From assembly GCA_951406725.2 (NCBI GenBank), contig OX597830.1, positions 48,360,001 to 48,424,000 on the forward strand: DNA of 64,000 nucleotides. The letters are read 5' to 3'. The stretch's first letter is position 1, and the number at the start of each line of letters is the position of its first letter. Shown one piece after another: positions 1 through 12,648 of the stretch. The notes under the pieces are model-generated. The model saw only the letters and a list, made by a program, of their open reading frames with translations. It had not been told where the DNA came from and did not search any database. The stretch is from Octopus vulgaris. Lineage: Eukaryota. The position numbers and the translations under genes are program-made.

Positions 1-890
1 TCAACCACATAATTGCAATCACCGGGAACTCACTCATCTCAAAAACTCTTGTCGCTTTCTTACCGACTGTATGTTTATTGCATTCAGATGGCGGGAATTT
101 TCTCCATTCGCTTCTTGCGTTGAAAGACAATTTGAAACAGCGAAGTGTGTACAGACATAAATGTATGCTTCAAACTGCTGACAGGCCAATTCTTTTAATA
201 GAACCTGTCTTGAAGTTCGAGAACCAAGTCAGATGTTGTGCCTGGGGATATGGTATTTCTTTTACGACCCTGTCTCTTTGAATCATCATCAAAACCCAGC
301 AGCAACCGGGGTTCTTTATTGAAGAGTGGTGGTGTGAAACGATCTTGTGCCAGACTTACCTAGAGAAAGGGAATTCATCATCTTTAAAGTACTGCCTGAA
401 TCCCTCAACAATGATGATGTTGGCTGCCAAGGAACATCAATGTTACATTTACTGATGCTCTGCAAGACAGTACATGGATTCCTTGGTAATGATACTAAGA
501 AGCCGTTTTAGGGACTCTGATGGATCGGCAAGAACGACGGGGGAATTAACTTTTTTACAGGAACCGAAAGTTGTAAATGTCTTGCTTCTATTTATTCCAA
601 TTGACACAAATTTTGGACATGGTGCCAATTGAAAATATTTTTTCAGAAACATAGACATGTCCAATATCATAGTTGAAGACACCTCTTTTCCACAGCTCAT
701 GTGTGTATGGCGGAGATCTAGCCTCTGTTCGTCTTCCTCTGTGAACATTCTGTCTATTCTGTGCAGGCTATCTGCCGGAATTCCCTTGGAGTTGAGTTCT
801 TCACCAGACAACTCCAGTTATCTGTGAACAACCTGTTTGGAAGTGCTCTGTTTATGGTGATAATCGTTCCATGACATGGCTAAGCTCTCT
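1..890 (-). mobile_element. Degenerate non-LTR retrotransposon fragment (probably RLE-type, post-RT region)
   Basis: Broken ORF 449-811 (-) with LINE-like composition, abutting a (TTA)n array. Bases ~805-890 recur at ~58912-59000, so this lies inside the locally duplicated block. Confidence 0.35.
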
Positions 891-902
891 TTATTATTAT
901 TA

Positions 903-954
<52 letters not shown>

Positions 955-955
<1 letters not shown>

Positions 956-3465
956 ATTTTTCTCTTTCTTCAAATTTTCTTCCGTTTCTCGCCGAGTGTT
1001 TTCCGTACACCTTGGGCAGAGAAGCTCATTGTATGCATTCCCAGATTACACACGCAAATTCACAGGTAAAATATATATTTAAAAAATTAATAAATAAATT
1101 AATTCATGAATAGATGTTGTTTTCACAGCGATAATGCCCTTCTCGGTACATGAGCCGTTCCAGTTAACACGATTTTTTGCACTTCCTGTAGGAATGGTAA
1201 GCCTGGTATCATTTTCAAATAGGTTTCAGTACCTTTTTTTATCATTCTTAGAGATTCTACAATCACTGGTACTGTAGTAGCCTTGAGATACCACATTTTT
1301 TCAATTTCTATTGGCAAGTCTTTATATTTACTGATCTTGTCAGATCCTTTCACCGCTATATTGTGATCGCAAGGAATACTCATATCAATTAATAAACACG
1401 CCTTTTTCGTCTAATCTTTTATAATAATATCTGGTTTATTAGCTTATATATATTATATATATTAGCTTAGCTTATATATTCTGCACCCTGAGATTAGGTG
1501 GTCTATTGTTTCAATCTTATCGTTACAGAATCGGCATTTTGGGTCAGCTCCATTTTTCATCACATTGGCTTGGTAGTTCCGGGGTAATAAGCTTTGGTCT
1601 TGAGCAGCTAATACGAAACCTTCACTCTCTGCTTTTAGCCCTGAGCTTCGTAACCATTGATGCGTATGTTTCTGGTCGACATCAGCTTGTTTGTTACAGG
1701 TCACATACTTGCCATGCAGAGGTTTCTGTTCCCATCTGCTAGCTAATTTTTCATGTGCTTTTGTCTTTGCAAGTAATTTTATTTTCTTTGCAGCAGCAGT
1801 TGGCGCATTTCCTTCAGCCTGATCAATCTTGTAGGTATCTAAGAGATCAGTAGCGAATTTTTTGCTCTCTTTGAAAATAGAGTGATGTTTTTTCGGTCTT
1901 TCATGTTTTCCAACAAGTTTTAGCATCCAATCGTTGGTTGCTTCATGGTATTTGACCAGTCCGACTGAGGTGGTTTTGTACGTAAGTTCAAGCTGTTTCA
2001 AATCTCGACCTTCCTGAGCTCTGGGAAGGTAAAGGCGATCCACGTCTGCCTTTGGATGGTGCATCTTATTACAAGTCAGTAGCTTGCGGATTTTTCTGTC
2101 AATTTTCATTATTTCACTGGTATTCCAGTTTAGCACATTGAAGCTATAAAGTACAACTGGTACTGCTAAGGAATTTATGGCTAACACCTAATTATATGCA
2201 TTCAGCTCAGACTTCAGGAATGCTCGAACTCTTCTATAACATTCCTTCCTAACCTTCTCTTTCATGCTTGCATGCTGGATACTAGAGCCTTTATTTATTC
2301 CTTGGTATTTATAGGTTTGTTCCTGCTCAAGTTTCTTTATTACTGTTTCGACATCTAATTCGATTGAACTTAACTTTACCAATTTCCCTTTCTTAAAAGT
2401 GGCTTTGGCACACTTTTCAATGCCAAACTCCATCCCAATATCACCACTGAATCCTTTCACAGTATATAGTAGTCCTTCAAGCTCTTCATCATCTTTGCCA
2501 TATAGTTTTAAATCATCCATATAAAAATAATTGGCTTATTTTCTTGTTGTCAATTTTGTAGCCATATCCTATTCTATTCAGTTCACTTGAGAGTGGTATT
2601 AGTGCTATGCAGAAAATTAGTGGCGAAATGAGTCATCTTGGAAAATGCCACAGTTTATGCTAATGTTGTTTGAGCGCAATACTCCATTAGAATGATATAA
2701 TTGAAGCTTTGTGTTCCATAGTTCCATAGGTCGGCGATTCAGATGTCTTCCTATATCCGTTCTTGTAGATTTTTGTAGGCATCTTGGGTGTGTTTGATCC
2801 ACTCTGCATTTTCATTGCATGGTTTCTCATCACTCCAGATCCCTTTCCAAAAGTTTTCAACTTCTTCCATTAGGGGTGGATTTTCAATGGTTACTTTTTC
2901 GTTCCTTAATTCCCTGTAAAATGATTTGACATTGGATTTGAACATTATATTTTGCTTGTAGTATTTGATTCTTTTCTCAAATCTGCGTATTCTCTGAGCT
3001 TTTGCTTGAACTTTTTGTTTAAGTGTTTCTTTCGCTGACCTTCTCTTGTTGAGTGTCCATATTTTCTCAAAATCTTCCTGCCTTTTCTTGATCTTACATC
3101 ATTTCCAAAGATTATCTCAGTTAATATTGATATCTCCCTTCGCAATGATTCAATTTCAGTTTCAATTCTACTCCTCCAGTTTGATTTTCTTTTCGAATTT
3201 AGTATTGTTGGCTTTTGGGGTGTTAAACAGAGTCTTTCGATTACCTTAGCAACAGTGTAAATAATTTCATTTAACTTATTATTAAGCTTGGGTTTATTTG
3301 TTGTATGATTTCTTGTGTAACGCAGTTGCCAATTTTTATCTGTGTTTTATGTTGGTGTGCATTTGAGAGTTTATGAAGTGGTTCTCTATCATTCATATTT
3401 GTATGCCCTATAACTGCAAGCTCATTCAGAATTTCCTGCTTCATTTCAGTGATAGATACGCTGCT
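955..3465 (-). mobile_element. R4/Dong-type non-LTR retrotransposon, 5'-truncated, frameshifted, with internal deletions
   Basis: ORF pieces with GIFQ, YMDDLKLY, HHPKADVDRLYLPR, AAQDQ, CRFC..ETIDHLISGC (CCHC) and PDII..IDMSIP..K..KYKDL (RLE). The 3' end runs into the (TAA)n array at 891-955. Confidence 0.93.
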
Positions 3466-3545
3466 TCTTACTGCAAATTCCCTTCCAAAATTTCTTTGTT
3501 TGTTAGGTGATGCAACAGAAGGGATTCAGCATGGAAGATTTAATC

Positions 3546-3573
3546 CACGCACACACAGCATACACACACATAC

Positions 3574-3634
<61 letters not shown>

Positions 3635-3635
3635 C
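3546..3635. repeat. (CA)n microsatellite
   Basis: Direct reading. Confidence 0.95.
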
Positions 3636-3979
3636 TCTCACATATACACATGCATTGTTTGCGGCTGATGCACCAGCAAGCACAAGAACTCGAGAATCCG
3701 CTGAAGCCACAAACTTCCAGTCCAACAGGAAGTTAGAAGGAAATCTCACGTGCCATTAATGGTAACCAGTGTGACATATTTTCTTCCTCTTATCGAAAGT
3801 CCTGCAATCTTTCATGGTTATTGATTCTTCTCATTTGATTAAGTTTTAAAAAAGAAAATTAACATAGACATAATAACACAATCTACACGCTCTCTCACCC
3901 CTCCACCCCCTTCTTTAAATAAAAATCATGAAAATGAATCCTCTGGGTTTTTTTCTATGATATACATTGCATGCAATGC

Positions 3980-4195
3980 ATTGGTTTCAAACTTTGGCAC
4001 AAGGCCAGCAATTTCAGGGGTGGGGTTAACAGATTACATCGGCCTCAGTATCCAATTGCTACCTGGTTTATCGGCCCCGAATGGATGAAAGACAAAGTCG
4101 ACCTCGACGGTATTTGAACTCGGAACGTAAAGACGGTCGAAATGCTGCTAAGCATTTCGTCCGGCATGCTAACGATTCGGTCAGTCCGCCGCTTT
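3980..4195 (-). mobile_element. tRNA-derived SINE (Meta-domain-like body); related copies at ~12410-12550, ~32940-33160, ~29355-29402, ~61885-61925
   Basis: Minus strand reads GCGGCGGACTGACCGAATCGTTAGCA...GAGTTCAAATACC (A/B-box-like), then GTCGACTTTGTCTTTCATCCATTCGGGGCCGATAAA. Multiple diverged copies in the window. Confidence 0.8.
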
Positions 4196-6410
4196 AGCAT
4201 TGCAGATAACATATTAAAATTAATTCCGATCTATTCTACAGGCTTCTCTGAACTGTTCCAGAAAAAAAATCATTTTTCCTACTCCAATGCGGACTAATTA
4301 TATTTGTAAGACATATACACCGGACTCCTTACCAAGAATCGAAACCTCGGTCTTCACGCTTGTTTATATTGTTCTCGCCGTTTATGTTTAGAATTCATTC
4401 GTTTTACCTATTTAAATCGCCACCATTTTAGATGAGACAGGGTTTAATCTTGTTAACCCAATCCGGTCTATTGTCAATGGTCTAACTTGACTTTAGTACT
4501 GCAATAAATTCGAGATACCAAGAGAAAAATATTCTCTTTCCTCTGCAACTTCCAAACAGTTAACTATGACACCTTCTCGGGAGCTTCGCCCCATTTATCC
4601 CCCTCAAGTTAGGGATCACTATTGACAACTGCCATGGTAATAGATTATCCATCAAAACTAACTAAATTTTGTGTTTACTTCCCACTCGTCGCAGTTGCAG
4701 AACCGCGTAAGTAAAATCTACAGCAGTTCTTTGCAGTGCATCCAGAAGTGTTATCTAAGCAATGCACAGTCTTTCGCCAACTTGTCACATCTCTATGTGT
4801 TACAAGCAACTTGCTACATCGTGCCTGTTACGCCTTTCCCGTTACAATTATACCGTTATACATACAAAGACATGTTTGAAGTACATTTCGAAAGAAGCTA
4901 GAATCTTTATAAACGTCTGTCCCTTCATACCTGGGGCCTTGAGTTATTACTAGAAATAAAGGATAGTAAATAAAACTCAACATATATTAAAGAAGTAATG
5001 ATTTCTTATATAAAATTGTCTTATATATAAATAGGGAAGTCGATTGCATTAAAGAGATTAGGATTTCTTGATTAATATTAAAGAAATCACGAAAGATATT
5101 AAGACCATCAGAAGAATAAGAACCTATTTTGATTCCATTTCAGAACTTTGGAATGATTTCAAACAGTCAAATACACTGGACAAGATTAACTCTGTGGGAT
5201 GTGGTATAAGAGTTTTCGACTCTTATTATTTCGTTGACAGTAAGACCTAGTTTTGCTTATTTTTTTGTGTGCTTTTTTTTCTTTTTCTTGTTTCTCATCT
5301 TTAATTCATTGATCTTCTGTCTCCAGTTCTTGTCGAAAAAATAAGAGAAATTAATGTCGCTCTCTTCTTCATCGCATTATTTCTTCTACTTACAGTCCTA
5401 ATTCTTAGTTAAATATATTAGCAGTAAATTTATAATTCCTCTCCCCGAGATACCCAGCCACATGCCCCTTCTCCTTCTCCCGTCATACATGCTATTACAC
5501 CAACCAGATCACATCCTGCATCAATTATTATCCCCAATCTTTCATTTCTAGATTATACAACACTCAGGATCTCACTCCATACTCGCACTACCCTAAAGAT
5601 GTCCAAACGGAACATTAATAAAATCGATCTATCGAATCAATAGACCATATCCATTCGTTTCCCTTGTACCTTCCAACGAAGTGAAACAGATTCATTTATG
5701 TTGTTATATTTCTTGTGTTTTCTCTTGCTTTTTTTTCTACTGCAGAAAAAGATATTAAGGATTTGACAACTTATTCAACATTTTCCTTCAAACAAAATCC
5801 ATATCACAACCTTATTACCAAGGCCCAAATGGATGCTCACTCGGTTCTGGATTGTTCACGTTTATGTATGATATCTTCTACATGTACCTCCTTTTCATAT
5901 ACTGACACTAAGTGTTTACTAAAGAAACTTGTTGACCTTTAATGGAATTCACCCCAAAATTATTTACTTCTCAATGAAATGTGAGCAAGACTTCAACGGA
6001 TCACGTTTGCTAATAATAATTATATAAGATAAAATGTGTATTTCTTCATAAATAAAATCAATTTAATTCAGTTATTTCTTTTGTTAATTTATTTTTATTG
6101 CTAACGTTTTTCCTTTTTAGTCTTCTCTTAGAAATCCATTCACACTCTGGATGATTTATAAGATTATTAAATTTACCCGAGTACCAATAGAACACTTGGG
6201 TATTATTTTATCAACCTTCAAAGAAAGAAACAAAAAATTAACCTGAAAGCGTTGGGGGTCATAACTAAATACCACAAACCGAATTGTAACACTTCTTACC
6301 CATAATCTAAATAATATATCAAATAAAAGGCTTGCATTTGGCTGATTTCTGTTGAGAAGTGAAAGGATTTGCAATTCAACCTAAAAAAAAAAACATAAAA
6401 GGCCAACAAA
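4150..6410 (+). repeat. Tandem segmental duplication, copy 1 (last intron, terminal exon and 3' flank of the PAN gene)
   Basis: Colinear, roughly 90% identical by eye to ~29360-31790 and ~61885-64000. Confidence 0.95.
5746..5942 (+). CDS. Terminal PAN/Apple-module exon, paralog copy 1 (upstream exons outside the window or lost)
   Basis: Acceptor ttttttctactgcag|AA, phase 1. Encodes KDIKDLTTYSTF...SVLDCSRLCMISSTCTSFSYTDTKCLLKKLVDL* with the C-x3-C-x5-C-x2-F-x-Y-x4-C-x-L PAN core. AATAAA at 6051-6056 followed by a U-rich tract. Confidence 0.72.
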
Positions 6411-6462
6411 TTGTTTCGAATTATATATATATTTTGATATACATACATAATAATAGTTCCCT

Positions 6463-6546
<84 letters not shown>

Positions 6547-6549
6547 ATA

Positions 6550-6759
6550 GTTAATCCAAGCATGAAAACACAAAGCGAAAACATAACAACGCGAGGACGT
6601 GGAACAAGTATAGTATTATTGGACGCTCAGGAAAGGAAAGAAAGAAGTAGGTTTTAGCGTTTCGAGCGTAGCTCTTCGTCAGAAACATAGGAAAAGGAAA
6701 GATCCAGAGAAGGGAAGACGGAGGAAAAAAATCGTCAACGGTACACACGCGGTCACATT

Positions 6760-6760
<1 letters not shown>
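6550..6760 (-). mobile_element. Penelope-like terminal-repeat remnant in a (TA)n array, with a minimal hammerhead-like motif (6651-6686)
   Basis: Minus strand GTTT-CTGACGA-AGAGC-TAC-GCTC-GAAAC-GCT-AAAAC. Second copy on + at ~48080-48285. Both copies are flanked by TA/TG microsatellites. Confidence 0.55.
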
Positions 6761-6800
<40 letters not shown>

Positions 6801-6883
6801 TTATATTAAATTAGAGACAAAATTGGATTCAATCCTAAATCTGATTTTTCCCTGTAAATTTGGATTTATTCCCTAATATTTAT

Positions 6884-6941
<58 letters not shown>

Positions 6942-6974
6942 ATATATATATATATATGTATGTATGTATATATA

Positions 6975-7024
<50 letters not shown>

Positions 7025-7524
7025 TATGTATATATATGTATATATATATATAATAGGAATGAAAATTGCCTATCTTTCACTGACTCATCTGCTTAATACA
7101 CTTTTCTTTAATTAAAATTGATAATTTAAGTTAAGTAAACACTGAACAGAATATGAACACGTATCAGTTTCTTTATCCTTTTTTTTTCAACTATTTTTTG
7201 AATAATTATTATTTAAAAACATTGACTAAGTTTTTATTAAGAAATATTTAGTCAAAAATATGAAAGCAATGGAAACCTATTGGGAACAGCATCAATTGCG
7301 ATGAGCTATGTCCCTTCGAAAAGCTAACATTCTTCCACAAGGGAAATAACTCTAGCATCAATAAGAAGGGAGATAACACAGGGTTGGGTTTTAAAATTTA
7401 TACACTTGGCCCAACGGTATAAACTCGTGAAGCAAAACAAGAAATGGCATAAATTACTTTTGCTCAACGCACAGGTTATTGGCAATTTCATGTATGTTTT
7501 TGACGGATTCATATATATACATAC

Positions 7525-8698
7525 ACCTGTCCAGTGGATGTTAACATAAAGCTGAAGATCAGTGAAAAGAGGAAATACCTACGCTCAACTATTGAGAAAT
7601 CTGCAGTTACTCTATCCAGATTACAATTCAGGATTTATACCTGTAATTATTGGGGCCCTGTGATATGTAACACACTGCTTAAATATCTATCTTGAGAAAT
7701 TAAGCTTCTCAAACGCAGATAAGAGAAAGCTAATTCAGAGACGACAGATCCAATCCATCACTGGAACTGTAAAAATCTGTAAAACTTTCCAAAATTCATC
7801 ATTTAAATATACATGAACATGTCTATATATGCAACTATATGCATGAGAATGCATACATAAGTCAAAACATACAAGTCTGCACATATACATACATACAAAC
7901 AAAAATACCCTGTTGTTGATGTTGAAATTCCAATGAAGGAGCCTTGAAACTAGGTTAGAAACCGGCTCTTTCTCTATTAGCAAGAAATCTTGAAACAAGC
8001 CATAGCCACTCATAACGAAAAGGAGTAGTGGTGGATTGTCCCAGTGAAGATCTCAGGAAAAGGTAAGCACAACAGACCTGATCAAATGGTTTGGGTTTGA
8101 GAAGAGAAACATTGCAGAGTCGTGGAAATTAGATGCCCATCGGATGTTAACATAAAGATCATTGGAAAAGGGAACACCTACGCCGAATTATTGAGAAATC
8201 TGCAGTTGCTCTATTCGGATTACAAGTTCAGATTTATACCTGCAATTATTGGGGCCCTGGAATATGTAACACTGTTTAAATACCAATATTGAGAAATTAG
8301 GCTTCTCAAAAGCAGAAAGAAGAAAGCTAATTCGAAGGCGACAGATCCAATCCAACACTGGAACTGTAAAAATCTGTAAAACTTTCCAGAGGCTTATCAT
8401 TTAACTATATATGAGCATGTCTAGATATGCAAGTATATGCATTGGAATACATACATAAAGCAAAATTTACAAGTCTGGACATATGCATACATACAAACAT
8501 ACATACATACATACATACATACATACATACATACATACATACATACATACATACATACATACATACATACATACATACATACATACATACATACATACTT
8601 ACATACATACATACATACATACATACAAACATACATACAAACATACACGCATACATACATACATACATACATACATACATACATACATACATACATAC

Positions 8699-8731
<33 letters not shown>

Positions 8732-8915
8732 CATACATACATACATACATACATACATACATACATACATACATACATACATACATACATACATACATAC
8801 ATACATACACGCAAAAATACCCTGTTGCTGATGTTGAAATTCTAATGAAGGAACTTTGAATGTAGGTTAGAAATCAGCTCTTTCGCTATTGACAAGAAAT
8901 CTTGAAATAAACTTG
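7525..8915 (+). mobile_element. Two tandem 3' ends of an RLE-type (NeSL/CRE-like) LINE, with a (CATA)n expansion in the 3' UTR
   Basis: Degenerate KHNRPD..VVEI.CP.DVNIK..LLRNLQLLY.DYKFRFIP.IIGAL...TGTVKICKTF. Units at ~7525-8000 and ~8010-8915. A third piece lies on - at ~20880-21090. Confidence 0.75.
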
Positions 8916-8919
8916 AACA

Positions 8920-9530
8920 GTGACATTCAAAATTTGAAGCTGGAGATAGAAGTGATGTTTGGTGAGAGAAAGTGTTCACCCTTAACGAGTTGAAAGCTGT
9001 CAGTGTAATTCTGGGGTTTCTGTTTCCTTGCGAACCACTGAGAGTATAGACAGCATCAGAGATACTGCATTCTATCAGTGATAAAACAGTCACTCCTTGT
9101 ATTTGACTATGCTCAGTGGAACTTTAGCAAGTCGAAGCGCTTCTAGCATCTACGCCAGAGGAACAGATACAAAAGTTTTCTTGTAGTCAAGCCACATTTA
9201 AACTAGGTTCTTTGTATGCTTCCGCACCTCTGACATTTCAGTTTTGTTGATTAACAATTGTTCGGCACATCCCCAGACTCTCTTCTTTCCAGCTGCTTGT
9301 TCTACTACAATGATGTTTAAACATGCTGTATATATTTTATACATTAATTTCTAGCATGCAATTTGGCCGGTAGTTTTTGTCATGTTGGTGGTTCTGCATT
9401 TAGAGATCAGTTCGGTCTCTGCCAGAGCTAACCAGTGTGATGTGCTACACTTCCCATTGAGAGCTTGTTAGTAAAGATTGATAAGATATATTTGGTAGGT
9501 TAGCTTTTTGTACCAATATCTAACAATCAA
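8920..9530 (-). mobile_element. Degenerate RT fragment of an RLE-type LINE
   Basis: Minus strand gives KNYRP..., VWGCAEQLLINK and MWLDYKKTF.SVP (RT motifs), with stops and frameshifts. Confidence 0.65.
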
Positions 9531-9539
9531 GTCTCTTCC

Positions 9540-10075
9540 AGGTGCTTTTCCATCCTGAACTTTCTTGATAATATACCTGAGAGATCAAGAAAACACCTTT
9601 TAGCAGAGGTTCCAAATCTGGCTGAAATAAAAGCGGTTATAAGGAAACTGGATGATGGAAAGGCCCCTGGTATGGATGGACTAGGTGTAGAGATATATAG
9701 TGACGCGACTATCGAGATACTATAAAAGTGGAATGGTTGTCGGTGATAATTATCGCGACACCTGTCTGTTAGCTGTAAACTGGACAGATTGATTCTACAC
9801 ATTGTTAATGAGGTTCTACCAGGGTTTAGGGATAGTAGTATGGATATGATATTTTCAGCTAGACAGTTACAAGAGAAATGCATCGAACAAGCTATGTACA
9901 TATACCATGTTTTCATTGATCTGACGAAAGCTTTGATTCTGTTAATAGAGTTGCACTTTGGGAGATCCTAAAAAAGCTAGGATGTCCAGAAAAATTTGTG
10001 AAAATGATTAGATAGCTTCATGAGAAGATGGAAGTGAGAGTTAATGCTGGATGCACCTTATCAGATCCAATTTCT
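9540..10075 (+). mobile_element. RTE-clade LINE RT fragment
   Basis: GKAPGMDG, DMIFSARQLQEKCIEQ, FIDLTKAFDSVNR and LKKLGCPEKFVKMIR motifs across frameshifts. Confidence 0.8.
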
Positions 10076-10266
10076 GCACTCTCCTCCACTCTGCTCTGCT
10101 CTGCGCCCTGCTCTGTGCTCTGCTCCGCTCTCTACTCTGATCTGAACTCTGCTCTGCTCTGTGCTCTGCTCTGTGCTCTGCTCTGTGCTCTTCTCTGTGC
10201 ACTTCTCTGTTCTCTGACCTGCTATGTGCTCTACTGTGTTCTCTCCTCTGCTCTCTGCTCTCTGCT
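10076..10266. repeat. Degenerate (CTCTG/CTCTGTG)n minisatellite
   Basis: Direct reading. Confidence 0.85.
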
Positions 10267-10269
10267 AAA

Positions 10270-10790
10270 TCGTACCTAAAACCCAACATTGCAGATGCAG
10301 AAATACATCTAACAAAGTATGTTGTATTGCGAAGCGATAGAAAGACAAGAGCCATAGTGGAGTTTCAATTTGTATCCGTGAAGACCTCACGCCCCAGATC
10401 CTTTTGTCGCACTCAAATTCTGTGTGAGACACACTGACTGTACATATAAGACAACTTGGCATAGTCATATGTACTACATGTCCTACACTAGACACTCCAA
10501 ATCACATGAACCTATTCGAAGACTGTCTTGCAAGAACAGAAGAGGTCTTAACCAAACTAGAAGAGCACAGCCGTGTTCTTCTCATGGGAGACTTCAACCT
10601 CCCCAATGTGGAAGGCTTTTTCCTCTGAGAAAACGTACGATGTGAGCAACATCATTTGGAATCCATGCTCAAATTCACTGACAAGTTATAGTTTGAGCAA
10701 ATAATACTCGAATCTGAACTATCAGGAAGCAGATTGGAAATCAGTTTAGAAAGAGATTACCCAATGGGACTGATCCCAATGAAACGAAAA
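10270..10790 (+). mobile_element. APE-endonuclease fragment of a CR1/L2/Jockey-group LINE
   Basis: VLLMGDFNLPNV (APE GDFN motif) near 10575-10610; otherwise degenerate. Confidence 0.5.
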
Positions 10791-10829
10791 TTGAGGAGTA
10801 GATGCGAACGGTCTGCAAGATAATGACGT

Positions 10830-11945
10830 CATAGCTATAAGGTCCGAATCCAGTGAAGTCTGTAAATACTTGTGCAGTATAATTGCTTAGATTCTCAGCA
10901 GCTTTTTATAGATTGGACAAAAGTTGAATTAGCAAATCTAGACAGAAGAACTAGGAGGAAATTCGATAGGAATGAAGGACTCCACCAAGGCAGGAGTTAC
11001 AAGATTATACCTACCTAGAAAGGAAGGTGGAAGAGGGTTAATATCAGTGGAAAACTGCGTGGAGTTAGCTAGAATAGATACAGATTCTTATGTAGGTAAT
11101 AGTGAAGAAAGATTATCAAGAGCTACTAAAGTCGCAACGAGACATAGGGAAACAAAGCGCTAAATGGAGTTAAAAACGAGAAAAATGAGCAAAAGTTGTC
11201 TGACTGGCAGGAGAAGGCGTTTCATAGTAGATTCCCGAAGATACTTACAGCAAATAGTAATAGAGGGACATGTTTGTAGTTTCAGATAGGAAGGCTGAAA
11301 AAGACTCAGCACAAGATCAAGCATTCAGGACGAATTAGATAAAAGCTACGATAGACAATAACCAAGTTAATTTCCAATTTCGGTTATGCAAATCAAAAGA
11401 GGAAAGTGTGGCATGCTGGCACAGAAAAATATAAGAACAGACATGACAACCTATGGAGAGTAATCCATTTGTAATTATGTAGAAATCTAGGAATTCACCA
11501 TACTCATAAATGGTATGAATATGAACCTAATAAAGTACTAGAAAGTAAGAAATATAAGATGTGGGACTTTCAGACGAAGTGAGCATTAGAAACCTGAAGG
11601 TCTAATTTAATAGTAGTGGTAGACAAAAAAAATGCAAAGTGCAAGATAATTGACTTACAGTCCCAAATGATGAGAAAGTCAATATGAGAGGTAAAGAAAA
11701 ATAGCCAAGTACCAGGACTTAGCCATTGAATAACAGAGACAAGGGAAAGTGTAAAATTAATCCCAGTAGTTATAGGTGCATTGGGAACCATCCCTAAATA
11801 TCTGAACTGATAGGTAGAGAGAATAGGCGTGAAACCCAGTTGAGAACATCTCCAGATAACAGTGCTATTACGGACTGCTAGGAAACTTAGGAATGTTCTT
11901 GGCATCTAAGGTTTCTCTGCCGTATGTTCCAGGAAGACACTCAGC
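10830..11945 (+). mobile_element. Old R4/Dong-type LINE 3' half, degenerate
   Basis: RLYLPRKEGGRGLISVE, AQDQ, RHD, KWYEYEP and IPVVIGALGT motifs, with stops. Confidence 0.85.
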
Positions 11946-11954
11946 AATAATAAT

Positions 11955-12385
11955 CTCATGGCTTCTGATCGTAACTGACTGGAAGTGTCATCTTGTACAT
12001 TGTTTTATCCAGGTATAAAAAGATGGGCTACAGCAAATATTCTGCTCAATATCACAGATTTGCTTGTCAGTTGTTTGATCTTAAACAGTTGAGCATGTCC
12101 TTTAATGGCTGACAATGTTTTGTTCATCATTCTTAAACAAACCTTATTCAGAGACCTTTTCAGTGGGATGGGTTACTAGACCTGAAAAAAATTCTAACTG
12201 AGCCCACATGCAAGGTAACGCGTTGTTTATGTTGATATGAGATCGCTATGTCGCGCACATATGGTCGTGACGCATGTGCCTGGTGTACCCTTATCAGACG
12301 GGTAGTCATGATGGGTATATTGGGCTTCATATATTTCACCCCAGTGTCACTTTGATGGTATGCACTGCTTTCTCACTCAATATTA
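11955..12385 (+). mobile_element. Non-coding TAA-tailed retroelement (same family as 37726-38200 and 40477-41037), internally deleted
   Basis: Reverse complement of the 40477-41037 unit; ends ...CTCACTCAATATTAATAAT. Confidence 0.75.
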
Positions 12386-12571
12386 ATAATGATGATGATG
12401 ATGATGATAAGTGGTACATGTTTAATCGACTCCGAAAGGATGAAAGGCAAAGTCGACCCCGGCGGAATTTGAATTCAAAATGTATTGGCAGACGGCATAC
12501 GACCAAGCATTTCGCCTGGCCTGCTAACGATTCTGCCAGCTCTCCGCTTTAATAATAATAATAATAATAAC

Positions 12572-12645
<74 letters not shown>

Positions 12646-12648
<3 letters not shown>

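Noticed and set aside
7930-7975. Hammerhead in the RLE-LINE 3' tail (CCAATGAAGGAGCCT...AGGTTAGAAACCGG; also ~8841-8880)
   Set aside because: The core CUGANGA is broken in both copies and stem I is unconvincing; a family consensus would be needed.
8405-8859. Long MYVC/YIHT, poly-I/Y/L/N ORFs here and at 26287, 32144-32949, 52521-53540 and elsewhere
   Set aside because: These are translations of (CATA)n, (TA)n and (TAA)n microsatellites, not genes.
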